DNA of 64,000 nucleotides from an uncultured Gammaproteobacteria bacterium (GTDB lineage Bacteria; Pseudomonadota; Gammaproteobacteria; JAGOUU01): NCBI GenBank assembly GCA_963977185.1, contig CAXBNV010000004.1, positions 51,848 to 115,847 of the forward strand, read 5' to 3'. Shown piece by piece: positions 41,180 to 49,730 of this stretch (position 1 is its first letter; each line of letters starts with the position of its first letter). The notes under the pieces were generated by a model. It saw only the letters and a program-made list of their open reading frames with translations, ran no database searches and was not told where the DNA came from. The position numbers and the translations under genes were made by a program.

Positions 41180-41745
41180 GAAATAATCCAGCCTACGAAA
41201 TGAACTTGATAAAAGTTTAGATCTTGAGATGAATTTATATTAATAAAATAACCATTTTTAGATATACCATAGTTTCGGTTGTATCTTGAACTTAAAAATA
41301 AATTAAATAAATTAAAATTATCTGAGCTATAATTTTTAAAAGAAAATCCATCGAGTGATGTTTTATTTGAATCTAGTTGAATGCTATCTAATTCTGGAAT
41401 ATTAATAATATGCCATTTATCATCAGTAACTTGTGGAATTTCATATTGAATTTCTTTTATGTTTTTATTTTTAGGATCAAAAATATATAAATTTGGTTTG
41501 TTTCTTTGATATTGAAGCTTTTGATATTTAAAAACTAGTTTTTGATTTAAAACAGATATTTCATAAGAATTATTTTGGTTGTTATTATTATAGTAATAAT
41601 AATTAGTTGCAAATAATAAATTATATTTTGGTGGAGATACAAAATACCTGGGTAAATATTGTGTAAGTGTGAAGATTATAATGATTATAATTGGCAAACT
41701 AACTCCCAAAATCAAAGGAAGATAGTTTTTAATAATTTTTTTCAT
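41176..41745 (-). CDS. Hypothetical protein with an N-terminal membrane anchor, 189 aa
   Basis: ORF coupled to the downstream membrane protein. Asn/Tyr-rich. Confidence 0.4.
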   Translation of the reverse strand: MKKIIKNYLPLILGVSLPIIIIIIFTLTQYLPRYFVSPPKYNLLFATNYYYYNNNNQNNSYEISVLNQKLVFKYQKLQYQRNKPNLYIFDPKNKNIKEIQYEIPQVTDDKWHIINIPELDSIQLDSNKTSLDGFSFKNYSSDNFNLFNLFLSSRYNRNYGISKNGYFININSSQDLNFYQVHFVGWIIS

Positions 41746-41817
41746 TTTAGATTATTAATATTTTATCTAGTTTTATATTAATTAAAATCTATTAAAGAAA
41801 ATTATGCAAATATATGG

Positions 41818-41855
41818 TGTATTTTATACTATGGCTCCCCGGGACGGACTCGAAC
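41818..41855. repeat. att-site direct repeat (distal copy). It duplicates the last 24 nt of tRNA-Asn plus 14 nt of its downstream flank.
   Basis: tgtattttatactatggctccccgggacggactcgaac is identical to 54576..54613. Confidence 0.85.
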
Positions 41856-41987
41856 TATTTTGTAATCATTTGAATTTATTGAGTAAATACAAAAAGGACT
41901 CGAATTTAACCCAATTTCTTACCCAATATTGAGTATTATAGCGTAGTTAAATTGTTAAGGAAAGATGTGAATTGATAAGAAATAAAT

Positions 41988-42848
41988 TTACTTCTTATCC
42001 TTATTTTCTGTTTGATTTGTTATCTTATGTTTTTGTAAAGCGTTATTTTTAGTGAGAGATTTTAATTGGGTTATAGCAATTTGATTTAACTTTTGTAATC
42101 TTTCAGATTGAGAGATATCCATTCTAATAAACTCAGCATTCATTGATTCTAGGTTGGCTAGTACTAATAATTGCATAGTATTTGCATAATCACGAATATT
42201 GCCTTCTTTATTTGGGTTTTGTTTTCGCCACTCTTTAGCAGTTATACCAAATAAAGCCATATTTAGAACATCAGCTTCATTTGCATATGTTATTGAAGAT
42301 TGTTTAGATGTAATGGTATCAGGAATTAAATGTTCTTTAATTGCATCAGTATGGATTCTATAATTTAGTTTTGTTAATGCTCTATTAAGATCCCAGTTTA
42401 ATTCATTACGACGATTTTCATCTTCTTTAAGTCTTTGAAATTCTTTGATTAAATATAATTTAAATTCTGGGCTAAGCCATGAGCAAAATTCAAAAGCTAT
42501 ATCTTTATGGGCATATGTGCCACCATAACGTCCTGCACTTGCAAATAAGCCTTTAGCATTAGTTATTTCAATCCATTTTTTTGCAGACATGAAAAAACTA
42601 TTACGACCAGCTTCTTTTCTAATTCCCTCGAATTCGAGGGAATTAAAACTTGGGTTATTTAATTGTTCCCATACACTTAAAAAAAGGATGGTGTCTTTGT
42701 TTTTAAGCCATTGCTCAATTAATGCCCCACCACCATCAAAATTTTTTACTATGTCAGTTAATGATAAATAATCATTTTGTTGTGTTTCAATAATAGAGAT
42801 AGTTGTACTTTGAACGGTAATAGTTTTTTTCTTATTTTTGTTAGCCAT
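41988..42848 (-). CDS. KilA-N domain protein
   Basis: N-terminal KilA-N signature LSLTDIVKNF...GRYGGTYAHKDIAFEFCSWLSPEFKLYLIKEF. Confidence 0.6.
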   Translation of the reverse strand: MANKNKKKTITVQSTTISIIETQQNDYLSLTDIVKNFDGGGALIEQWLKNKDTILFLSVWEQLNNPSFNSLEFEGIRKEAGRNSFFMSAKKWIEITNAKGLFASAGRYGGTYAHKDIAFEFCSWLSPEFKLYLIKEFQRLKEDENRRNELNWDLNRALTKLNYRIHTDAIKEHLIPDTITSKQSSITYANEADVLNMALFGITAKEWRKQNPNKEGNIRDYANTMQLLVLANLESMNAEFIRMDISQSERLQKLNQIAITQLKSLTKNNALQKHKITNQTENKDKK

Positions 42849-43066
42849 AAAATTTATTAATTATGTTTGAGTAAGTATCTTTTACATTATCTATTCAGAT
42901 AGAAGCTTTATATTATACTCAAAGGTATAGAAGTGTTCAATAGTTATCAATTTCCTACAGAGTCAATTTTTTTAGCTTGACAAGATACTAAGTATTTTTT
43001 ATAGTGTTGTTTGTTATAATTCAAAATAAGCTTTTTAAATTATTCTTGTCTTTTTGTGGTTAATTT

Positions 43067-43303
43067 ATGAAATTCAAAATATTGATATTAGGAATAGCTT
43101 GTTTTTTAATGCAAGTTAGTAGTTATTCCTATGCAAAACGTTATAGTTATTCTTATCATCCTAAAACTTACAAATATAAAATTAGCAATGGCAGAACGCA
43201 TTCTGTTAGATCATATTTCAAAAAGAATGGTTCATTTATTTTAAAGCATAGGGCAGCTAATCCTCGTTCTGGGGTGCATTGTCGTAAAAATATCTGTTTT
43301 TAA
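43067..43303 (+). CDS. Small (78-aa) basic secreted protein
   Basis: Signal peptide MKFKILILGIACFLMQVSSYSYA. Lys/Arg/Tyr-rich with two Cys. Confidence 0.3.
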   Translation: MKFKILILGIACFLMQVSSYSYAKRYSYSYHPKTYKYKISNGRTHSVRSYFKKNGSFILKHRAANPRSGVHCRKNICF

Positions 43304-43417
43304 CTATTTATTTTTTAGAACAAATTTTATTCATGTCAATATAGTTGTTGTTTGGATATTTTGTAAGAAAGAAACTTGTGAGTGGATAGAATAACAAACT
43401 AAAAATAAGGTCTAATT

Positions 43418-46400
43418 ATGAACGGCAAAGATAATTCTTTCTTAAATCAATGCAAGAAAAATTTAATAAACACATCAGCAAAAAATAATAATTTGATCAA
43501 TTTTAACTTCCAAGCAGCTACATGTTTTGATTTCAATAAATTTTCAAAGTCTGAAAAAAATCGAAAAAATAGTTTAATTGAAATTGATAAGACTGACAGA
43601 AATAATTCTACAGACGATTTGAGTGAAAAAGAAAAATTGCATCGAGAAGCTCACAAAGTTCTTGGTAAGATATACGTAAAACAAAAAGAAATTAAAGATG
43701 AAAAAGGATTTAATCCAACAAATTGGGCATGTTCTTTTTTTAAATATAAAGATGGTGATAAAGAAAGGTTTGCCCCAGTTTACTTAGTATCAGCTGAGGT
43801 TTCTAAAAATGGCTTAGGTGGTTATGCTGTAAATGACTTTAGAAAAGGAATTGTTGAAGTCAGTTTTAATCATGTAATATATGAGAAATTTAAAAATGAT
43901 TTAAAAGTAAATTTAGAAAAAAATCTTACCGACTTTGATGATTCTGAAGTTAATATTAAAGATGTTGAACAAAAAATATTAAAAATTCAGAGCTTTTTAG
44001 CTGATAATGTTCATGTTCACGGAATTACAATTGAAAAGGGATATGTATTAGGTATATTCAACAATGCTAAAGCTTCATTATACAATGAGTTGAATGAGCT
44101 TGAAGATCAATTTTTACAACATGATCTAGTTAAGATATTTCTTTCAAATGAAAGTCATGAGTTAAATCAGGGAGAACTTTCAGAAGATGCTCGCGAGATC
44201 GATAAAATACAATCTGATAATTTTTTTAGCCCATTTGATTTTGATTCTTCTCAACTTCAGGCAATTAAAGCAGCTAAGGATGGAAAAAATTTTGTAATAC
44301 AAGGGCCTCCTGGAACTGGTAAAACTCAAACTATATCTAATATAATTTCTGAATTGGTGGCAGAAGGGAAAAAAGTTCTTTTTGTTGCTGAAAAAAAAGC
44401 TGCTATTGACGCGGTACTTAAAAATTTTTCTAAAATAGGGCTTGAAAAAGTATTTCTTGATTTACATGACAAGAAGTCAAAATCCAAAGATATAGTTTCT
44501 CAGGTTATTGACTCTATAGAGTTTTTTAGTAATGAAAAGTCTATAAATCGCTCTTCAATAAAGATATTATCTAAGCTTGATCAAGCTAAAAAAGAATTAA
44601 GCAAAAGAACTGAATTGCTTCACCAGGAATTGAGTTTTGGTAAAAAACCTTTTGATTTGTTTTTTGAATTAAGCGAGATGACAGATGTTGATAATATAGA
44701 AGGTAATTTCTTTGTTCAATTATCTGAAGAAGATTTTAATGAATGCTTAAATATTTTAGATCAAATTAAAGAATTGCCCGATATTTATTTAGATTCAGAG
44801 AATCCTTTCTTAAATAGTGATTTGAGCAGAATGAATATTTTTCTTGAGAATAATAAAGGGCAAAAATATTTATCAAACTTAAAAACTTTGATCTTAGAAA
44901 CAAAATCAAAGACTTTAAAATTAATCGAGGCAGAGAATAGAATTGCAAAGTCAGAGCAAATATTAGGTAATTATGGCCTTCATATTCAAAAATTTGAAAA
45001 ATATGATGAATTGCAGTTGGTATTGGAATTATTTAAGGAGGCTTTGCCCTACAAAGATTTACTTGAAAATAATGATAACCCTTGGCTAAAGAAGCCAATT
45101 AATAACCCTGAACTTTTTGATACAGCCAAAGCTAAAAATGCTTTGGAAGAAATTAGAGAATTGTTAATAGAAAAAATTGCTAAGGAAGAAGAGCTAAATT
45201 TATTGCAATCAACCATTTATGATTTGGAAGAAGGATTTAAACAATTTAGTTTTATTAAAGATGAAAATTTTAAATTAAAGAATTCTATAAATATTTTTGG
45301 TAAAATTAGAGATTATCAAGATATAATTAAAAACTATAATCAAAAATGGTTTCATGTAAGGTTTAAAGATAACTGTTTTGAAAATGGTGACTTTTTAGAA
45401 GATTTGGTAAAAAAACTTGATCTGTTAATTACAAATACCAATTTGCTTTCAGATCTTGAGTTTGAATTGGGTAATTTAAATAAACATAATTGTAGGTTAA
45501 ATTTTTATCGATTGTTAAATAATCTTATTAGAAAAGTAAAGATTGTTGCCAATATTAATAAAACAAAATCCAGAATATCATCCTTGAAAGAATGGATTTT
45601 ATTTCATTTAGAACTAAATGATAATAGCAACTTTCTTGATGACATTTCTTTTCTGAAGGATGGATTGATTTTTATCTCGCAAAATAAAGATATTTTAAAC
45701 TTCAAAGCTTTACAAAATAAAATTAAAGAAGAGGAGTTGGATGATTTTTTTTGGGATACCATTAAAAAAGGAGCGGATTTTGATTATGAAAAGCAGATTT
45801 TAGAAAGTTTGTATGTAAAGAGATTATCACTAGGTAAAATACAAGATTTATTAGCCCCCCTAGATAAAGATCTGGAAACATCAAAGAGAAATATAAAAGA
45901 TAGTTTATTTGATATTGTAGATCAAGATCAAAATTTAAAAAGTGATATAGAACTTAGAATAAAATATATTGAAACTACTTCATCAATAATTACCGCTCAG
46001 AACTTAATTAAAGAAATTGAACAAAAAGTCCACTTATTAGGCATCACTGAATTTTGGCAAAGTGTTTGGTCAATTAAATGTAATTTAAATCAAATAAAAT
46101 TGGATATTCAGGAGTACTTCAGTAATAAATCTTTAGCTGAACTTTTGAATTCAGAGGTTTTTGATAATAACAATAATATTGAATTGCGATTAGATTTTAT
46201 ATTCGGTTGCCTTGAATCAGAAAGTCATACTTTAGAAGATCTTAATTTTTTAGAAGAAAAAGTAAATTTTTATACAAAATATTTACCAGTATTACATAGA
46301 TCTGTTCGTTATCTAGAACTAAAAGATAATCTTGATAATTTTTCTCTTAAAGAATTTTGGAACAATGTTGTAAAAAATAAAATTTCACAAAGAAAAATTG

Positions 46401-47965
46401 AGAAAGTTTTTAGGAAAAGTTTTTATTCTTATATTTTACAAAATCTAATAATCAAAAACGAATTAATTTCTGATACCAAGGCTACGTCTGAAATAATAAA
46501 TGATTTTAAATCCTTTGATAAACACTCAATTCAAATAAACAAAAAAAGAATCATTGAGTCGATTAAAAAAAATAGTTCGAAAATTGTTGCAGATTATGAC
46601 TTTCTTAAGCTGAAGAATCGGCAAAGGTTTCCAAAGGCTCGTAAACTTATTTCTAAATATCATGACATTATTGTTAATTCAGTTGGATGTGTGGTATGCA
46701 GTCCACTTACAATTTGTGAGTATTTTGAAGTTAATAGATTTGATTTTCGGAATCCAATATTTGATGTAGTTATTTTTGATGAAGCTTCACAAATTTTTAC
46801 TTGGGATGCATTAAGCTCTATTTTTAGAGCAAAGCAAATGATTATTGCTGGTGATACGCAGCAAATGCCACCGACTAATTTATTTGCATCTAATGATAAT
46901 GGTGATGACTTTGATGAAAATGATGAAGATACTGAAAACGTTAATGATTACAGAGGTCTCCTATCATTTGCCGCGATGAGATTAAGAGAAATTCAATTAC
47001 AATGGCACTATCGCAGCAAATTTGAGCAACTTATCCACCCATCAAATCAATTTGTCTACAATGGCCGTTTAATTAGCTTCCCCAATTCTGATAATAATGA
47101 GAAACCTATTGTTTTTCATTATCTTCCTGAAGGGATGTGGGTTGATCAAACCAATGATGTTGAAGCAAACTATTTGATAAATTTACTAAAAAATACTTAT
47201 AAAACAGGGGTAAAATCAGTAGGGGTTATCTCTATCAATAAAAGACAGCGAACATTGATTAGAGATTTAATATATTGTGATGAGGAATTAACTGAATGGT
47301 TAGATCGTGATGACTCAGATGGGTTGTTTGTTAAAAACCTTGAAAATTGCCAAGGAGATGAAAGGGATGTCATTATTGTTTGTAGTTCCTATGCAAAAAA
47401 TAAAGATGGTAGAATAGACGGAAGAATGTTTGGGCAAATGAATAAAGATGACTCTTACAAAAGATTAAATGTAATGTTTTCTAGAGCCAAGGAGAGGTTG
47501 CACTTTTTAAGCTCTTTAAAATGGCAAGATATATCATCTCAATATGAAGGAAAGAAGGGGATGGATTTTTTCAAGAGTTATTTACGTTTTGCTGAAACTG
47601 GTGATTTTGGAATCACTTCAAAAAATCATGTTAAGCAAGATAGTTTTGATAGTGGTTTTGAAGAGAGTGTTTGTAAATCATTAAGATTGCTAGGTTATGA
47701 AATAGATTCTCAAGTTGGATGCTCAGGTTACAAAATAGACTTGGCTGTAGTATGTCAAAATACAAAAAATTACATTTTAGGAATTGAATGTGATGGCGAA
47801 ATGTATCATTCAGGAAAAACAGCGAGAGAAAGAGATAGGCTTCGTCAAGAAGTTCTTGAATCTAAAGGTTGGAATATTCATAGAATTTGGTCTTATGATT
47901 GGATTTACTCTAAGAAGAAAGAGTTAAAGAAACTTAAAAGCAAAATTGATACATTAATAACATAA
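43418..47965 (+). CDS. 1515-aa Upf1-like SF1 helicase (AAA_11/AAA_12-type) with a C-terminal DUF559/Vsr-like PD-(D/E)xK nuclease domain. Candidate Nhi-like defence protein.
   Basis: Walker A QGPPGTGKTQT (nt ~44301-44330). About 800-aa coiled-coil insertion. Walker B VVIFDEASQI and GDTQQMPP (nt ~46770-46870). Motifs V/VI NCQGDERDVIIV and LNVMFSRAKERLHF. C-terminal YKIDLAVVCQNTKNYILGIECDGEMYH...GWNIHRIWSYDW. Confidence 0.75.
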   Translation: MNGKDNSFLNQCKKNLINTSAKNNNLINFNFQAATCFDFNKFSKSEKNRKNSLIEIDKTDRNNSTDDLSEKEKLHREAHKVLGKIYVKQKEIKDEKGFNPTNWACSFFKYKDGDKERFAPVYLVSAEVSKNGLGGYAVNDFRKGIVEVSFNHVIYEKFKNDLKVNLEKNLTDFDDSEVNIKDVEQKILKIQSFLADNVHVHGITIEKGYVLGIFNNAKASLYNELNELEDQFLQHDLVKIFLSNESHELNQGELSEDAREIDKIQSDNFFSPFDFDSSQLQAIKAAKDGKNFVIQGPPGTGKTQTISNIISELVAEGKKVLFVAEKKAAIDAVLKNFSKIGLEKVFLDLHDKKSKSKDIVSQVIDSIEFFSNEKSINRSSIKILSKLDQAKKELSKRTELLHQELSFGKKPFDLFFELSEMTDVDNIEGNFFVQLSEEDFNECLNILDQIKELPDIYLDSENPFLNSDLSRMNIFLENNKGQKYLSNLKTLILETKSKTLKLIEAENRIAKSEQILGNYGLHIQKFEKYDELQLVLELFKEALPYKDLLENNDNPWLKKPINNPELFDTAKAKNALEEIRELLIEKIAKEEELNLLQSTIYDLEEGFKQFSFIKDENFKLKNSINIFGKIRDYQDIIKNYNQKWFHVRFKDNCFENGDFLEDLVKKLDLLITNTNLLSDLEFELGNLNKHNCRLNFYRLLNNLIRKVKIVANINKTKSRISSLKEWILFHLELNDNSNFLDDISFLKDGLIFISQNKDILNFKALQNKIKEEELDDFFWDTIKKGADFDYEKQILESLYVKRLSLGKIQDLLAPLDKDLETSKRNIKDSLFDIVDQDQNLKSDIELRIKYIETTSSIITAQNLIKEIEQKVHLLGITEFWQSVWSIKCNLNQIKLDIQEYFSNKSLAELLNSEVFDNNNNIELRLDFIFGCLESESHTLEDLNFLEEKVNFYTKYLPVLHRSVRYLELKDNLDNFSLKEFWNNVVKNKISQRKIEKVFRKSFYSYILQNLIIKNELISDTKATSEIINDFKSFDKHSIQINKKRIIESIKKNSSKIVADYDFLKLKNRQRFPKARKLISKYHDIIVNSVGCVVCSPLTICEYFEVNRFDFRNPIFDVVIFDEASQIFTWDALSSIFRAKQMIIAGDTQQMPPTNLFASNDNGDDFDENDEDTENVNDYRGLLSFAAMRLREIQLQWHYRSKFEQLIHPSNQFVYNGRLISFPNSDNNEKPIVFHYLPEGMWVDQTNDVEANYLINLLKNTYKTGVKSVGVISINKRQRTLIRDLIYCDEELTEWLDRDDSDGLFVKNLENCQGDERDVIIVCSSYAKNKDGRIDGRMFGQMNKDDSYKRLNVMFSRAKERLHFLSSLKWQDISSQYEGKKGMDFFKSYLRFAETGDFGITSKNHVKQDSFDSGFEESVCKSLRLLGYEIDSQVGCSGYKIDLAVVCQNTKNYILGIECDGEMYHSGKTARERDRLRQEVLESKGWNIHRIWSYDWIYSKKKELKKLKSKIDTLIT

Positions 47966-47975
47966 CTGTTTAAAT

Positions 47976-48410
47976 CTATAATTTATCCAAAAATATTTCA
48001 ATTAACGACTGACGACTAATATTTTCATCTTTAATATTTCCATAAACCTTAGGTACCAGTTTAGATGCAAGCCACTTGCGAGTATCTATGCGTAGTCTTG
48101 ATCTAGCAATAAACTCGCTGTTGCAAACAACATTACCTTGAGCATTTGTAGTTTGATCATGCGATGAATCATCAGCAATCTCTAATATTTCATCAACGAA
48201 AGTTTCAATTTGGCGTCGCTTTGCTTGCGCGTATTGGTCGGCAAATTGGGGGTGCTTTTTCAACCATGTAAAAATAGTATCTTTATTTGGCCAGTGAGCA
48301 TTTTCTGCACATAATTTTTTTAGCCCCTTACTATTAGAAGAAATTTTATCACAAATATCTTTTGCCAATTCGGTGCTATATAGCGACGGCCTGCCTATTT
48401 TTTTAACCAT
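47976..48410 (-). CDS. Phage terminase small-subunit-like DNA-packaging protein
   Basis: Resembles the Terminase_2 family: KIGRPSLYSTELAKDICDKIS... and a C-terminal RSRLRIDTRKWLASKLVPKVYG. Confidence 0.5.
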   Translation of the reverse strand: MVKKIGRPSLYSTELAKDICDKISSNSKGLKKLCAENAHWPNKDTIFTWLKKHPQFADQYAQAKRRQIETFVDEILEIADDSSHDQTTNAQGNVVCNSEFIARSRLRIDTRKWLASKLVPKVYGNIKDENISRQSLIEIFLDKL

Positions 48411-48424
48411 AGATTAAAATTTGT

Positions 48425-48994
48425 TTATTTTATAATAGTTAAATTATACGTAAATTTTTTACCATAAACAATGTAAAGTATTGCTTGCTTAATGGTATTT
48501 AGAACAAGAAATGAAATTGATAGACTTATAAAGAAGAATTTTATAAGTTCAAACCAACTTCCTATAATTTGATAATGGACTTGTAACTCAGGGTTAGGGG
48601 TTTCTTTTTCTCGACGCCTTATTTCTTTTTTTGCAATTTCTTGAAATTTTTGTCGCTTTCTTGGTTCCATTTTGTCCAATTGAAATAACAGTTCTGAAAA
48701 ATTAAAATTTTTATCACAAGCCCTCTTTGCTTTGGCATTATCATCCCATGAAAAAGAAACTTGCGTATAAAAATATAAATCCAATTCTTTAAATGAATAC
48801 TTTTTTGTATTGTCAGGGCATATAAAGTAACTGTTTTCGTTATCAACAATTTCATATGGTTTTAAATCATAACCAATATATAAAACCCCTAAAAAAAATA
48901 AGCTTAAAGAAAAAATATATAAAACTTTCACAAGCCTGTAAAATATTTTTGTTTCTAAATTTAATTCTATAGACTGCATATTAATTATTCTCAA
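48425..48994 (-). CDS. Hypothetical membrane protein with N- and C-terminal TM segments
   Basis: Hydrophobic segments at both ends. No homology recognised. Confidence 0.35.
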   Translation of the reverse strand: MRIINMQSIELNLETKIFYRLVKVLYIFSLSLFFLGVLYIGYDLKPYEIVDNENSYFICPDNTKKYSFKELDLYFYTQVSFSWDDNAKAKRACDKNFNFSELLFQLDKMEPRKRQKFQEIAKKEIRRREKETPNPELQVHYQIIGSWFELIKFFFISLSISFLVLNTIKQAILYIVYGKKFTYNLTIIK

Positions 48995-49065
48995 CGATGT
49001 GGTTATTTAGATTTTGAGTACAATTTAAAAATTATAAAATACTTGAAATTTCAGAATAAATTTAA

Positions 49066-49461
49066 TTATTGAGTCGTATATGTTGCCATGCATTTTTGAA
49101 TAAAGATTAAATCAGTATCATCATAATTTGTAAAAATCAGTGTGACATACTCATTTCTTGGTATAATATGTTTAGCAGTAATTTTAGTTATTGGATGATC
49201 AAGTAGGTATTGCCCTAAAGGTAGAGCATTTATATCTACCTTTATAACAGCTGGATATGGTTTCGTATAATTAGGGTTTTCAATATTACATGTTATGTTA
49301 TAAGCTCTATCTTTTGGGAGTGATTTCAATGAAATATATCTAAAGCTGTTTGGCGCAACAGTTGCATCTTCTAGGTAAAAAGGACCAGATCCAGAAACTG
49401 ATTCTGCACTTATGTTGTGAATAATAAAAAATGACAAAATAATCAATACTATTTTTTTCAC
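49066..49461 (-). CDS. Hypothetical small secreted protein
   Basis: Signal peptide MKKIVLIILSFFIIHNISA. Confidence 0.35.
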   Translation of the reverse strand: MKKIVLIILSFFIIHNISAESVSGSGPFYLEDATVAPNSFRYISLKSLPKDRAYNITCNIENPNYTKPYPAVIKVDINALPLGQYLLDHPITKITAKHIIPRNEYVTLIFTNYDDTDLIFIQKCMATYTTQ

Positions 49462-49730
49462 GCTACTACCTATAAATTATTGCTATGATAAAGTTATACG
49501 TATATTAAATAGCAATGCTTGTTTATAAAGATTGATATGATAATTCATTTATTAGTGATTTGTCAAGCTAAGAGCAATAATTGTAAGAATAATAATGGCC
49601 AACATTCGTAGTTAATAATATATAAATTAATATCTTGGATGTTATGTGTTGCTAATCCTGCTAATCCTGCTAATGTATTGATCTCTATTTTAGCGATATT
49701 AGCAGAATTAGCATTGTTTCATGTTTATTT

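Noticed and set aside
41821-41857. Possible second tRNA or tRNA pseudogene
   Set aside because: Only the 3' 24 nt of tRNA-Asn are present, with no D or anticodon arms. This is the att-site duplication of the integrated element, not a tRNA gene.
49620-49700. Short tandem gctaatcct x2 in the island intergenic region
   Set aside because: Only two copies. Too short to call a repeat element or pac site.
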